Positions 47,312 through 57,537 of a DNA stretch of 64,000 bases are shown one piece after another; the first letter of the stretch is position 1; each line of letters begins with the position of its first letter. The stretch is from Candidatus Omnitrophota bacterium (GTDB lineage Bacteria > Omnitrophota > Omnitrophia > Omnitrophales > Aquincolibacteriaceae). The notes beneath the pieces are model-generated. The model did not search any database and was not told where the DNA came from. It saw only the letters and a list, made by a program, of their open reading frames with translations. Location of the stretch: contig JAYTHE010000026.1 in the NCBI GenBank assembly GCA_043732705.1, forward strand, positions 12,136 through 76,135, written 5' to 3'. The position numbers were made by a program, and so were the translations under genes.

Positions 47312-47469
47312 AACTCTGGCACATCGGTTTAATCATTCTTCTTGTGTCGCTGCTTATCAGCGTATTGCTTGTCCATGCTGAAATCGGCGGCCTTATTCGC
47401 GATCTTTTTCGCATCCTTACGCTTGCTGGACTCGTGCTTCTTATTTATGGACTTATTAAGCATAAATGA
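47308..47469 (+). CDS. 53-aa two-TM membrane protein (absent from the ORF track)
   Basis: Manual translation MKLWHIGLIILLVSLLISVLLVHAEIGGLIRDLFRILTLAGLVLLIYGLIKHK; ATGA overlap with the upstream gene. Confidence 0.65.
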   Translation: MKLWHIGLIILLVSLLISVLLVHAEIGGLIRDLFRILTLAGLVLLIYGLIKHK

Positions 47470-47558
47470 CTGGGGCAAAGATTGAATTTTTTCAAAGGTA
47501 GTGAGTCTAAGAAAATAGATTCGTAGTTATGATTCTTAAAAATAAACAGGAGAAAAAT

Positions 47559-47960
47559 ATGAAAACCTTAGCATCCGTATTTGCAGTTATGATTTTATTA
47601 AGTGGATGTAACGCGGCCAGCCATCGTGCGGCGGTTCAGGATGACTCCACGGATCGTTTGACTGTGGGAAATGTGCAAAGAGAAATTCATGTTGGCATGA
47701 GCGGTGCTGATGTGGTTCAGGCACTAGGTTCACCCAATGTTGTAACTACGGATGAGCAGCGCCGCGAAGTTTGGGTTTATGATAAAGTTGCTTCCGATGC
47801 CACATATTCAAACAGTTCAGGCTATGGCACGCTAATTCTTTTAGGCTATAGTAAAGATGCTGGATCGGTTTCGACTACTCAAAGAACTTTAACTGTTGTT
47901 GTGAAGTTTGATGAGAAAAAAATGGTCCGAGACTTTGCTTATCACAGCTCGAAATTTTAA
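47559..47960 (+). CDS. Lipoprotein, SmpA/OmlA (BamE)-like
   Basis: Lipobox LLSGC; IHVGMS..DVVQALGSP...VWVY...LTVVVKFDE...V. Confidence 0.75.
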   Translation: MKTLASVFAVMILLSGCNAASHRAAVQDDSTDRLTVGNVQREIHVGMSGADVVQALGSPNVVTTDEQRREVWVYDKVASDATYSNSSGYGTLILLGYSKDAGSVSTTQRTLTVVVKFDEKKMVRDFAYHSSKF

Positions 47961-47991
47961 AAATAGAACTGATTTGTGCGGATTTAAAAAT

Positions 47992-48534
47992 ATGAAACGC
48001 ATTGCAGCTTTTGTCTCAGCCTGTTTAATATTGACCGGCTGTATGTCTATGCCGCTGGATATTTTAAAATCTCCAGCGGATGCGGTTCAAAAGCGTGAGC
48101 TCCAGAGTCGGGCTTATGCCACGACCGATGAAAATAAAATGATCACATCGGCCGCTATGGCGCTCCAGGATATGGAGTTTACCTTAGACGATAGTGAAAC
48201 TTCACTTGGCGTGGTATTAGCATCAAAGGATCGAAGTGCTGTGAGCGCCGGTCAAGTTACTGCGGCAGTGATGCTTGATGTGCTTGCGGCGGCAGGGGGC
48301 GGATATTCAAATGCTTATGGAACAACTGACAAGCAACAAAAGATACGCGCTTCAGTTGTGACAAAACTGAGTGAAGATAGATCAAAGGTTATTGTCCGCA
48401 CTGTTTTTCAAAAACTGGTTTGGAATCAAATGGGGCAGCTTTCTCGAGTTGAAACGTTGAAAGACGCGACGATGTATCAAGGGTTTTATGATAAATTGTC
48501 TAAATCGGTATTTCTTGAGGAACAAAAAATATGA
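47992..48534 (+). CDS. Hypothetical lipoprotein
   Basis: Lipobox ILTGC; paralogous to the next gene (QSRAY.T...LQD.E). Confidence 0.75.
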   Translation: MKRIAAFVSACLILTGCMSMPLDILKSPADAVQKRELQSRAYATTDENKMITSAAMALQDMEFTLDDSETSLGVVLASKDRSAVSAGQVTAAVMLDVLAAAGGGYSNAYGTTDKQQKIRASVVTKLSEDRSKVIVRTVFQKLVWNQMGQLSRVETLKDATMYQGFYDKLSKSVFLEEQKI

Positions 48535-48962
48535 AGTCAGATTTTTGTAAAAGAATATTTATCGCGGGAGTGATGCTTTTTTTTGTAGGGTGCACGAGCT
48601 CTCCATCGAAGAGTGTTCTTGCGACCGATGCGAGTCAAGTGATGTTGCGTAGTATGCAGACACGTGCCTTTGATACAAGTGATCAGTCAAAAACAATGCG
48701 TGCGGTGATTGCCACTGTTCAAGATCTTGAGATGGTGATCGAAAAAGCGGATCAGCAGTTGGGGAGTGTGACTGCAACAAAATTTAGCAGCGGACAAGAG
48801 CTTAAAATGACTGTTACGGTGAGAAACGGAAATCCTGGACAAACTCTGGTGCGTGCTAATGCGCAATATGGAATTAAGCCTGTTGATAAGCCAGAGCCCT
48901 ACCAGGACTTTTTTTCTGCACTTGAAAAATCGATGTTTTTAGCCGCGCAAAAAGTCGATTAA
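48531..48962 (+). CDS. Hypothetical lipoprotein
   Basis: Lipobox FFVGC; QTRAFDT...VQDLE; C-terminal YQDFFSALEKSMFL parallels YQGFYDKLSKSVFL in the previous gene. Confidence 0.75.
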   Translation: MKSDFCKRIFIAGVMLFFVGCTSSPSKSVLATDASQVMLRSMQTRAFDTSDQSKTMRAVIATVQDLEMVIEKADQQLGSVTATKFSSGQELKMTVTVRNGNPGQTLVRANAQYGIKPVDKPEPYQDFFSALEKSMFLAAQKVD

Positions 48963-49072
48963 GTTTTCTTTTCATTTCCGCAAAATAAGATTTTCCCTCC
49001 TATTCCGTCATGCCTGCTTTGCAACTTGAAGGTGCAGACAGCTGTGTTTCGAATGAGCTACAATAGCGGCTT

Positions 49073-50068
49073 GTGATGTCCTTTTATATGCGAATTCAAA
49101 AAACGACTTTAATCCGGCAGGCTTTTTTTATTGGTGTTTTATTTTTAATTTCTGCACAAGGTTTTGCCGCGGAAAAGGGTGAGCAAATGAAAAATAGTCC
49201 TATCAAAATAAAAATCGGCGAATCTTTTCTTTTACAAAAGGATCAAGCAGCGAAGTATAAGGGAATTTTATTTAACTTTTCAGCCGTCACACATCCATTC
49301 TCCAAAAATCCGGATACAGGCATTGAGCAATATCCGAAAGAGGATTATGAGCTCACCGTTTCATACCGGGGAACAAAGCTGAATACCTATAAAATAGGTG
49401 ACGGCACTTTTTTACGTTTAGCTGACCCTAGTGATCAGGTTATAGGGAAAATCGAAGGTATTTCTTATGCGTTTCGCAGACTTGAACACAAGTTGGGAGA
49501 GGTGCGATTGATATTAAATAAAACCGAATATGAAGTTGCTCCCATTGCAAAGCAAGATGCTGCAAAACAATCTCTTATCTATTCGATTAAATTGCGTTAT
49601 GACATTGAAAAAGACGTTGCCAGGAAAGTTATCTATCTTGATGAAACTTTTCACAATAGCGGACAAACTCCATTAACTCTAAGTCTGTGGGGGCAGTCTC
49701 CCATGGTTAAAGCAGTTAAGCCTTGGTGGGCATTTCGTAAAGAAAAAACCCGCGCAGCTTGTGGAATGCCAGGTGCCGCCAAAGAATCAGATGTGCTGCA
49801 AATTCCTCCTAATCAGTCAATCACAGTGTCTCAATGGTATTGGGCGCAGTCCCTGCTGCCATGGACTTCAGAGCCGGACAAAGGTTTTAATACGCTTTTT
49901 CACCTTAAGAAATCAAGCTCGATTCAAATAGCACTTTGCCGGGTTTTTCGTAATGACGTTGAGGTAGTCGGGCATTTATTAAAGTGTAAAGTACAACTTG
50001 TGGAAGGAAAGTTCTGTTCAGCGCCGGTGAAGTTCAAGTACGAAATTCTTGAAAAAGAAGAAAAGTAA
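49073..50068 (+). CDS. Hypothetical secreted protein
   Basis: Long ORF with signal-peptide-like N-terminus (…AQGFA); no family recognised; start uncertain. Confidence 0.6.
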   Translation: MMSFYMRIQKTTLIRQAFFIGVLFLISAQGFAAEKGEQMKNSPIKIKIGESFLLQKDQAAKYKGILFNFSAVTHPFSKNPDTGIEQYPKEDYELTVSYRGTKLNTYKIGDGTFLRLADPSDQVIGKIEGISYAFRRLEHKLGEVRLILNKTEYEVAPIAKQDAAKQSLIYSIKLRYDIEKDVARKVIYLDETFHNSGQTPLTLSLWGQSPMVKAVKPWWAFRKEKTRAACGMPGAAKESDVLQIPPNQSITVSQWYWAQSLLPWTSEPDKGFNTLFHLKKSSSIQIALCRVFRNDVEVVGHLLKCKVQLVEGKFCSAPVKFKYEILEKEEK

Positions 50069-50187
50069 ATAAGTAAAATGAGCCGGTGCAAACTAGCCCC
50101 TTTTCATTAGCCGGAATGGAATAGGGGAGCGTGGAAAAATTTATGTTTTGTTAAAAATACCGAATTGTATTTCCGGTCAACCTAGGC

Positions 50188-51132
50188 TCAGGCTTTCTTT
50201 TTTATCAACGCGATAAAAAAGGCGGTCATGGTGCCGTCGGGTAAAATGCGGCGGGCTTTTTTCACCTCCGGCGAGTAAGTCTTTTTATCCCAATCGGCAA
50301 TGCCTTCCATCCAATTTGAAACGGGCGGCCTCCAATCTAAAATTTCCATTTTATCGTCAGTGCGTCCAAGCGCCCAATCAAGCATGCCCTCATTTTCTTC
50401 GGGCGCGAAAGTGCAAGTGGCATAAACCATCACACCGCCCGGTTTCAAAGAAAGAAAAGCAGATTTAAAAAGCGCGCGCTGTTTAAAAACCATTTCCTTG
50501 ATTTTGGAAAGCGACCAGAATTTAAATGAATCGGGATAGGCGGTGGAAAAACGCCCTTCGCTTGAACAAGGTGAATCTAAAAGCACACGGTCGAAAGTAT
50601 CGGGCGCGAGTTTGCAGTAAATTTCACCGGGCTTAAGTGTTAATTTAAAATTGTCATAACCCTGCGTATCGAGATTGGTTTTTAGTTTAAAAAACCGGGT
50701 TTTAATTTTTTCATTCGCGGTAAGTTCACCCTCGCCATTGAGGGCGCGCGTCATTTGGCCGGTTTTACTGCCCGGCGCGGCGCAAAGATCAAGAATCGTT
50801 TCACCCGGTTCAGGGTCTAAAGCTAATACAGGCAGCATGCTTGCAAGCCCTTGAATGTAAATTTCGCTATTTTGATAGCACGGCGCCTCTTGTAAGGCGC
50901 GGATATCTTTATTAAGAAGGCGAAAAGCATCCGGATACCAACTGACCGGTTCAATTTCAAATCCAAAATCTTTAAGCTGAGCAATTATTTTTCCGTGGTC
51001 TGCGTTTTTGTGATGAAGCCGGAAAGCGGGACGAGGCGTTTCAGAAAAAGAATCAACAACCTGTTTTAGATGAAGCGCCGGAATTATTTTTTGAAGGCGT
51101 TCAAGAAAAAGCGGGGGAAGTGATAGGGGCAT
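50188..51132 (-). CDS. RsmB/RsmF (NOL1/NOP2/Sun) RNA cytosine-C5 methyltransferase
   Basis: YIQGLASM, LDLCAAPGSKT, DSPCSSEG, YATCTFAPEENE. Confidence 0.92.
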   Translation of the reverse strand: MPLSLPPLFLERLQKIIPALHLKQVVDSFSETPRPAFRLHHKNADHGKIIAQLKDFGFEIEPVSWYPDAFRLLNKDIRALQEAPCYQNSEIYIQGLASMLPVLALDPEPGETILDLCAAPGSKTGQMTRALNGEGELTANEKIKTRFFKLKTNLDTQGYDNFKLTLKPGEIYCKLAPDTFDRVLLDSPCSSEGRFSTAYPDSFKFWSLSKIKEMVFKQRALFKSAFLSLKPGGVMVYATCTFAPEENEGMLDWALGRTDDKMEILDWRPPVSNWMEGIADWDKKTYSPEVKKARRILPDGTMTAFFIALIKKKA

Positions 51133-51140
51133 GGGATTAT

Positions 51141-51183
51141 TTAACCTGCGAGATTAGGAGACCGCTCCAATCTCGCAGGTTAA
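51141..51183. terminator. Intergenic hairpin (possible terminator)
   Basis: TTAACCTGCGAGATT / AATCTCGCAGGTTAA perfect 15-bp stem. Confidence 0.6.
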
Positions 51184-51193
51184 AATGGGTTGT

Positions 51194-51424
51194 CTAATGA
51201 CTGCAGCCGTCACCGTGTTTGTGCTCGTGCTTTTCTTCTTCCTTTTTCATTTCGCATGATTTTCCGCCGCAGCAAAGCGGGCAATAGCCGATCGCAGACG
51301 AAAGAATTGGAATAATACCTAACCCGCCAAACCAGTTTTTATAATAAATTCCTGCGCCAATGATCGCGAGCCCGATAATAGCTCGAATCAAACGGTTTGT
51401 TCGATTCATATTTGCTTTCATCAT
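51194..51424 (-). CDS. DUF2892/YgaP-like small membrane protein with His-rich tail
   Basis: NM...NRLIRAIIG...GIIPILSSAIGYCPL; C-terminal HEHKHGDGCSH. Confidence 0.8.
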   Translation of the reverse strand: MMKANMNRTNRLIRAIIGLAIIGAGIYYKNWFGGLGIIPILSSAIGYCPLCCGGKSCEMKKEEEKHEHKHGDGCSH

Positions 51425-51569
51425 TTCCCCCTCTTAAAAAACATGCTGAAATAAACCCCTGATAAGCGCATATTGTAGCACTTAAAAACCGATTGTGATC
51501 CGAATGAAGATAGCCCCTTTAATTCCATCCTCTTTTTCTATTATACTGATACTATATATACTTAATTTT

Positions 51570-53543
51570 ATGAGTAAAAAGCCAAAACCAACCAAGCAGG
51601 ATTTGCCCCTCAATAAGATTTTTGGATCAGCTTCCGAAAAGAGCAGTCCTTTCATTACCGACTTTGACCTGTACCTCTTAGGCGAAGGCACCCATTTAAA
51701 AAGCTACGAAAAATTAGGCGCGCATCTCATCGTCAAGGATGGCGTTGCCGGAGTTTGCTTTGCGGTGTGGGCGCCGAATGCCAAAGCCGTCAGCGTCGTA
51801 GGTGATTTTAATGGCTGGTGCGCGGGCAAGCATGCGCTCGAAAAATTACCTAAATCGGAATTTTGGGCGGGTTTTTTTCCGGGCATCAAAGAGGGCAGCT
51901 TTTATAAATATTCGATTGTCACTCCGGAAGGGGGACAGATTCCTCTCAAAGCCGACCCGTACTCTTTTTTTTGTGAAATCCGTCCGAAAACCGCATCCGT
52001 TGTCACAACGCTTGACCGTCATGTTTGGCAGGACAATGATTGGATGGAAAAGCGCGCAAAAATAAATAGCCTCGACGCGCCGCTCTCGATTTACGAAGTT
52101 CATTTAGGCTCTTGGAAACGAGAGCTTCATTCCAACCATTTTTTAAACTATCGTAATTTAGCGCATGAGCTTGTCGAGTACGCGAAGAAGCAAGGCTATA
52201 CCCATATTGAGCTCATGCCCATTATGGAACATCCGTTGGATGAATCTTGGGGCTACCAGGTGCTTAGTTATTTCGCGCCCACAAGCCGCTTTGGTTCCGC
52301 GGAAGACTTTATGTATTTCGTAGATTATTGTCATCAGAACGATATCGGTGTCATTCTCGATTGGGTGCCGGCCCATTTTCCGCAGGATAAACATGGCCTC
52401 GCGAATTTTGACGGTCGCGAAATTTATGCGTATGGCGATTGGAAAAAGCGCGAGCACAAAGACTGGGGGACTTTTGTTTTTGATTATGCGAACCCCAAGG
52501 TGCGTAATTTTCTGATGGCGAACGCGCTTTTTTGGTTTGATAAATATCATATCGACGGTTTACGCGTGGATGCGGTCGCGTCGATGATTTACCGCGATTA
52601 TTCCAAAAAACCCGGAGAGTGGGATCCGAATGAGTACGGCGGCCGTGAAAACTTGGAAGCGATTGATTTTTTAAAACGCTTCAATGAAACGGTGCACATT
52701 AATTTTCCCGGCGTGTTGACGATGGCGGAAGAATCAACTGCCTGGACCGGTGTGTCACGCCCGACTTATACCGGCGGACTTGGGTTTAGCTTGAAATGGA
52801 ACATGGGCTGGATGCATGACACGCTTGAATTTTTTTGTCAGGATCCCGTGCATCGCCGCTTTCATCAAAACATGCTGACTTTTTCCCTGCTCTACGCTTT
52901 TACCGAAAATTTTGTACTGCCTATTTCCCATGATGAAGTAGTGCATGGTAAGCGCGCGCTGCTTGAAAAAATGCCGGGCGATGATTGGCAAAAGTTCGCG
53001 AATTTACGTCTTTTTCTGGGATATATGTTCGGGCATCCCGGGAAGAAACTCAATTTTATGACGAATGATATCGCGCAGCGTCAAGAATGGAATGCGGTTA
53101 GTTCCATGGATTGGCATGTGCTGCAATGGGAGCCGCATCAAAAGATTCAGCACTTTGTGCAGGATTTGAACCGTCTTTATCGTTCTAACGCGGCGCTCTA
53201 TGAAGTTGATTTTGAATGGCAGGGTTTTGAATGGATTGATTTTCTTGATCATGAAAACAGCGTGCTTTCTTTTATTCGCTGGTCGAAAGACCGCAAGCAG
53301 TCTTTAATTTTCACCCTCAATTTAACCCCGGTTCCGCGTTTGAATTACCGCATCGGAGTTCCTTTTGGCGGTTTTTACGAAGAAATCTTAAACAGTGACG
53401 CCAAAGAATACGGCGGAAGCGGTATTGGTAATTTGGGCGGAGTCCAAGCGGAATCATTTTCTTGGCATGGAAGGCCGCATTCGATCGAAGTTAATTTGCC
53501 GCCGCTCGCGATTAACATTTTTAGACCGACAATACAAAAATAA
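51570..53543 (+). CDS. glgB: 1,4-alpha-glucan branching enzyme
   Basis: FAVWAPNA, IYEVHLGSW, WGYQ, DWVPAHFP, GLRVDAVASM, AEESTAW, SHDEVVHGK. Confidence 0.97.
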   Translation: MSKKPKPTKQDLPLNKIFGSASEKSSPFITDFDLYLLGEGTHLKSYEKLGAHLIVKDGVAGVCFAVWAPNAKAVSVVGDFNGWCAGKHALEKLPKSEFWAGFFPGIKEGSFYKYSIVTPEGGQIPLKADPYSFFCEIRPKTASVVTTLDRHVWQDNDWMEKRAKINSLDAPLSIYEVHLGSWKRELHSNHFLNYRNLAHELVEYAKKQGYTHIELMPIMEHPLDESWGYQVLSYFAPTSRFGSAEDFMYFVDYCHQNDIGVILDWVPAHFPQDKHGLANFDGREIYAYGDWKKREHKDWGTFVFDYANPKVRNFLMANALFWFDKYHIDGLRVDAVASMIYRDYSKKPGEWDPNEYGGRENLEAIDFLKRFNETVHINFPGVLTMAEESTAWTGVSRPTYTGGLGFSLKWNMGWMHDTLEFFCQDPVHRRFHQNMLTFSLLYAFTENFVLPISHDEVVHGKRALLEKMPGDDWQKFANLRLFLGYMFGHPGKKLNFMTNDIAQRQEWNAVSSMDWHVLQWEPHQKIQHFVQDLNRLYRSNAALYEVDFEWQGFEWIDFLDHENSVLSFIRWSKDRKQSLIFTLNLTPVPRLNYRIGVPFGGFYEEILNSDAKEYGGSGIGNLGGVQAESFSWHGRPHSIEVNLPPLAINIFRPTIQK

Positions 53544-53556
53544 TATTAATAGTATT

Positions 53557-53619
53557 GTCGTCCCCGCGAAGGCGGGGACCCAGTTATTATTTCTGGATTC
53601 CCGCTTACGCGGGAATGAC
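53557..53619. repeat. Inverted doublet of the ATTCCC-N8-GGGAAT repeat between glgB and glgX
   Basis: GTCGTCCCCGCGAAGGCGGGGACCCAG ... CTGGATTCCCGCTTACGCGGGAATGAC. Confidence 0.9.
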
Positions 53620-53644
53620 AACTGAGAATAACGGAGTTAGGAAG

Positions 53645-55756
53645 ATGCAAATTTGGCCCGGCAAATCTTATCCTCTGGGAGCGAATTGGGACGGTGCGGG
53701 AGTGAATTTTTCGATTTTTTCGGAGCATGCTGAAAAAATCGAGCTTTGCCTTTTTGATTCCCCGGACTCGGCTAAAGAAGATGTCATTCTGCCGTTGCCC
53801 GAACGCACCAATCATATTTGGCATGGATACATTCCTGGGTTAAGGCCCGGACAGCTCTATGGCTACCGCGTGCATGGACCCTACAAACCGCAAGAAGGAC
53901 ATCGCTTTAACCCCGCTAAAATTTTACTCGATCCTTATGCTAAAGCGATTGGCCGCCAGATTACCTGGCGCGAAGAAATGTTTGGCTATGACTTGCATAA
54001 CCGCCGTAAAGATCTCGCTATCGATAAACGTGACAATGCCGCTTGGGCGCCTTTGGGTGTTGTGGTTGCGCCTTATTTTGATTGGGAAGGCGACACGCTT
54101 TTAAAAACACCTTGGCAGGAAACAGTTATTTATGAAATGCATGTTAAGGGCATGACGCAGCTGCATCAGCATATTCCCAAAGCCTTGCGCGGAACTTATG
54201 CCGGGTTGGCCTCCGAACCGGTGATCGCACATCTGAAAGAATTAGGAATTACGGCGGTGGAGCTGATGCCGATTCATTTTCACGCGAATGAGTGGCATTT
54301 ATTGGATAAGAAGTTGACGAATTATTGGGGGTATAACACCGTTTCTTTTTTTGCGCCCGACCCGGAATATGCTAGCGCCAAAAATCCGCTCGAGGTGATT
54401 CGTGAATTCAAGCATATGGTGAAACTTTTTCACCGCGCGGGTATCGAAGTGATTTTAGATGTGGTTTATAACCATACTGCGGAAGGTAATCAGCACGGGC
54501 CGACGCTTTCATTTCGAGGCATCGATAATAAATCTTATTACCGTTTATCGGAAGAGAATCAACGGCATTATGAGGACTTTACAGGCTGCGGCAACAGTTT
54601 GAATGCGCGTCATCCGCGTGCGCTCCAGGTGATTACCGATAGTTTGAGATATTGGATTCAAGATATGCATATCGACGGTTTTCGTTTTGATTTAGCGAGC
54701 ACGCTCGCGCGTGAATTTTTTGCAGTTGATAAAATGGGAAGCTTTTTTGATGTGATGCATCAAGACCCCGTTATTCATCAAGTGAAACTCATTGCTGAGC
54801 CATGGGATCTGGGTGAAGGCGGCTACCAAGTTGGTAATTTTCCGGTAGGTTGGGCGGAATGGAATGGAAAGTACCGTGATTGCATGCGCAGTTTTTGGAA
54901 GGGAGACGGCGGACGGCTTTCAGAATTCGCGACACGGTTGTGCGGTTCCAGCGATCTTTATAAAATCAGCGGGCGCAGGCCTCAGGCGAGCATTAATTTT
55001 ATTACCAGCCATGATGGATTTTCAATGCAGGATTTAGTAACGTATAACTCGAAGCACAACGAGGCTAACCTTGAAGAAAACCGCGATGGGACGGATGATA
55101 ATTTAAGCTGGAATTGCGGTTTTGAGGGTCCGACTGAAGAATTATCCGTAGTCAAACTGCGTGAGCAGCAAAAAAGAAATTTGATCGCCACACTTTTTCT
55201 TTCACAGGGTGTGCCGATGATGCTGGGCGGCGATGAAATTTCGCGCAGTCAAATGGGCAATAATAACGCGTACTGCCAGGATAATGAGCTCAGCTGGTTT
55301 CATTGGGATTTCAATGAGAATCAAGTCGCGTTTTTAGATTTCGTTAAAAAAGTAATCCGCTTTCGCAAAAGCCAGCCGGTCCTGATTCGTAAAAATTTTT
55401 TAGAAGGCCGTGAAGTACGCGGAGCAAAAGACATAATCTGGCTTGATTCAACCGGCAAAGAAATGGGCGACGCGGAGTGGAACAATCCGCATGTTCAAAG
55501 TGTCGGCATGCTGCTTTCCGGTCAAGCCATGAACGAACTGAATGAACGCGGCGAACGGATTGAAGGCGACACTTTACTTTTAATGATGAATGCGTATCAT
55601 GACCGGGTTTCCTTTTTGCTTCCGAAGATTGATTCGTCACAAGCATGGGAAATGGCTTTTGATACAGCGGAAGGCAAATTGTCAGGATGGAGAATGCGCG
55701 GCGAAGAAACGTATGTTCTTGAAGGCCGGTCATTGGCCGTGATGAAGCTTGCCTGA
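53645..55756 (+). CDS. glgX: Glycogen debranching enzyme
   Basis: PGKSYPLGA, NYWGYNT, DVVYNHTAEG, GFRFDLAS, IAEPWD, SHDGF. Start set at ATG 53645; the ORF-track extension is repeat DNA. Confidence 0.97.
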   Translation: MQIWPGKSYPLGANWDGAGVNFSIFSEHAEKIELCLFDSPDSAKEDVILPLPERTNHIWHGYIPGLRPGQLYGYRVHGPYKPQEGHRFNPAKILLDPYAKAIGRQITWREEMFGYDLHNRRKDLAIDKRDNAAWAPLGVVVAPYFDWEGDTLLKTPWQETVIYEMHVKGMTQLHQHIPKALRGTYAGLASEPVIAHLKELGITAVELMPIHFHANEWHLLDKKLTNYWGYNTVSFFAPDPEYASAKNPLEVIREFKHMVKLFHRAGIEVILDVVYNHTAEGNQHGPTLSFRGIDNKSYYRLSEENQRHYEDFTGCGNSLNARHPRALQVITDSLRYWIQDMHIDGFRFDLASTLAREFFAVDKMGSFFDVMHQDPVIHQVKLIAEPWDLGEGGYQVGNFPVGWAEWNGKYRDCMRSFWKGDGGRLSEFATRLCGSSDLYKISGRRPQASINFITSHDGFSMQDLVTYNSKHNEANLEENRDGTDDNLSWNCGFEGPTEELSVVKLREQQKRNLIATLFLSQGVPMMLGGDEISRSQMGNNNAYCQDNELSWFHWDFNENQVAFLDFVKKVIRFRKSQPVLIRKNFLEGREVRGAKDIIWLDSTGKEMGDAEWNNPHVQSVGMLLSGQAMNELNERGERIEGDTLLLMMNAYHDRVSFLLPKIDSSQAWEMAFDTAEGKLSGWRMRGEETYVLEGRSLAVMKLA

Positions 55757-55792
55757 GTATGAAATTATAATTTTTTTGAAAGGATTTTATTT

Positions 55793-57484
55793 ATGGCGTT
55801 TTTAAGTCAAGAAGTGATTGCTTATTTTTCCATGGAAATTGCGTTGCAGTCGGATATGCCGAGTTACAGCGGCGGTTTGGGCGTGCTTGCCGGCGATACA
55901 GTGCGCACAGCCGCTGATCTTGGAATTCCGATGGTGGCAGTAACATTGCTGCACCGTAAAGGTTATTTTAATCAAAAGTTAAATCCCGATGGAACTCAGG
56001 TCGAGTCGCCATCGGAATGGCGTATTGAAGACTTTTTGCAGGAACTGCGCTCCCGCGTTGCGGTTAACATTGAAGGCCGGACAGTGTACATCCGGCTTTG
56101 GCGTTACTTGATCAAGGGTGTTACCGGCGCGACTGTTCCGGTTTATTTTTTAGATACCGACCTTCCCGAAAATTCCGAATGGGACCGCACATTAACTCAT
56201 TTTCTTTATGGTAAAGATCAGCGCTATCGTCTTGCCCAAGAAATTATTTTAGGCGTGGGCGGAGTGCGCATGCTGCGTGTCAAGCGCCACAATAATATTC
56301 GCCGGTTTCATATGAATGAAGGCCACGCCAGTTTACTGACTTGGGAGCTTATGCAAGAGCGGCTCGGTCCGGACCAAAGCCGCACATTGACTGCCGAAGA
56401 TATTAATGCTTTGCGTGAAAAGTGTATTTTTACAACGCATACGCCCGTTCCCGCCGGACATGACCAATTTCCGATGGAACTTGTAGAGCAGGTTCTCGGG
56501 AAACCGGCGATGGAAGCGATTAGCGCGGTTGTGAATGATTCGCATACTTTGAATATGACGCGCTTGGGAATGAATCTCAGTCATTTCATCAATGCTGTTG
56601 CGCGCAAACACGGCGAAATTTCGCGCAAAATGTTTCCCGAGCACAACATTGACTATATTACGAACGGTGTTCACGCTACCAGCTGGACTGCGCCCGCTTT
56701 TCAAGCTTTATATGACCGCTATATTCCCGATTGGAAGAAGGACAATCTTCTTTTTCGTGAAGTTCAAAAGATTCCGCGTCAGGAAATCTGGGACGCGCAT
56801 CAAGCGGCAAAGCGTGATTTGATTGCCTATGTTAAGTCAGCTGCGCAGGTTGAATTTGACCCCGAAGTTTTTACTCTCGGTTTTGCGCGGCGTTCGGTTG
56901 CGTATAAGCGCGCGGATTTATTTTTCGAAGACACCGAACGCCTCAAAAGAATTATCGGAAACCATCCGATTCAAATTGTTTTTGCAGGCAAAGCCCATCC
57001 TCAAGATACTGCCGGCAAAGAACTGATCAAAAATATCCATCGTGCCCGCGCAGCTTTGGCACCGCAGGTTCGCGTTGTTTATTTGGAAGATTATGATATG
57101 GAAATCGGGCGGTTGATGACCTCAGGCGTGGATATTTGGCTGAATAATCCGGAGCGTCCGCTTGAAGCTTCTGGCACCAGCGGAATGAAATCTGCATTAA
57201 ATGGTGTTCCGTCACTTTCAGTTTTAGACGGATGGTGGTGTGAAGGCTGCATTGAAGGTGTGACCGGATGGGCGATTGGCGAGCAATTTAATGAAACCAA
57301 TCAAAATCGTAAAGATGATGCCGACTCGCTTTACTCCAAGCTCGAAAATCTGATTTTGCCGCTTTACTATAAAGAGCGTGCGCGTTATCTCGATATTATG
57401 GCGCAGGTGATTGCTCTTAATGGTACGGCATTTAATACGCAAAGAATGTTATATCAATACGCGCTTAAGGCTTATTTCCTCTAA
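55793..57484 (+). CDS. glgP: Alpha-glucan phosphorylase (compact form)
   Basis: AYFSMEI, YSGGLGVLAGD, HMNEGH, TTHTPVPAGHD, EASGTSGMK (PLP lysine). Confidence 0.95.
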   Translation: MAFLSQEVIAYFSMEIALQSDMPSYSGGLGVLAGDTVRTAADLGIPMVAVTLLHRKGYFNQKLNPDGTQVESPSEWRIEDFLQELRSRVAVNIEGRTVYIRLWRYLIKGVTGATVPVYFLDTDLPENSEWDRTLTHFLYGKDQRYRLAQEIILGVGGVRMLRVKRHNNIRRFHMNEGHASLLTWELMQERLGPDQSRTLTAEDINALREKCIFTTHTPVPAGHDQFPMELVEQVLGKPAMEAISAVVNDSHTLNMTRLGMNLSHFINAVARKHGEISRKMFPEHNIDYITNGVHATSWTAPAFQALYDRYIPDWKKDNLLFREVQKIPRQEIWDAHQAAKRDLIAYVKSAAQVEFDPEVFTLGFARRSVAYKRADLFFEDTERLKRIIGNHPIQIVFAGKAHPQDTAGKELIKNIHRARAALAPQVRVVYLEDYDMEIGRLMTSGVDIWLNNPERPLEASGTSGMKSALNGVPSLSVLDGWWCEGCIEGVTGWAIGEQFNETNQNRKDDADSLYSKLENLILPLYYKERARYLDIMAQVIALNGTAFNTQRMLYQYALKAYFL

Positions 57485-57501
57485 TCCGTTTCGCCCCATT
57501 T

Positions 57502-57537
57502 AACCGCTTAGGGCCTTTGGCCTTAAGCGGTTTTTTT
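57502..57537 (+). terminator. Rho-independent terminator of the glg operon
   Basis: AACCGCTTAGGGCC / GGCCTTAAGCGGTT stem plus T-run. Confidence 0.85.

Noticed and set aside
53555-53644. ORF-track extension of glgX and the small ORFs 53395-53625 and 53546-53824
   Set aside because: They are read through the palindromic repeat; GlgX similarity begins at MQIWPG (53645).
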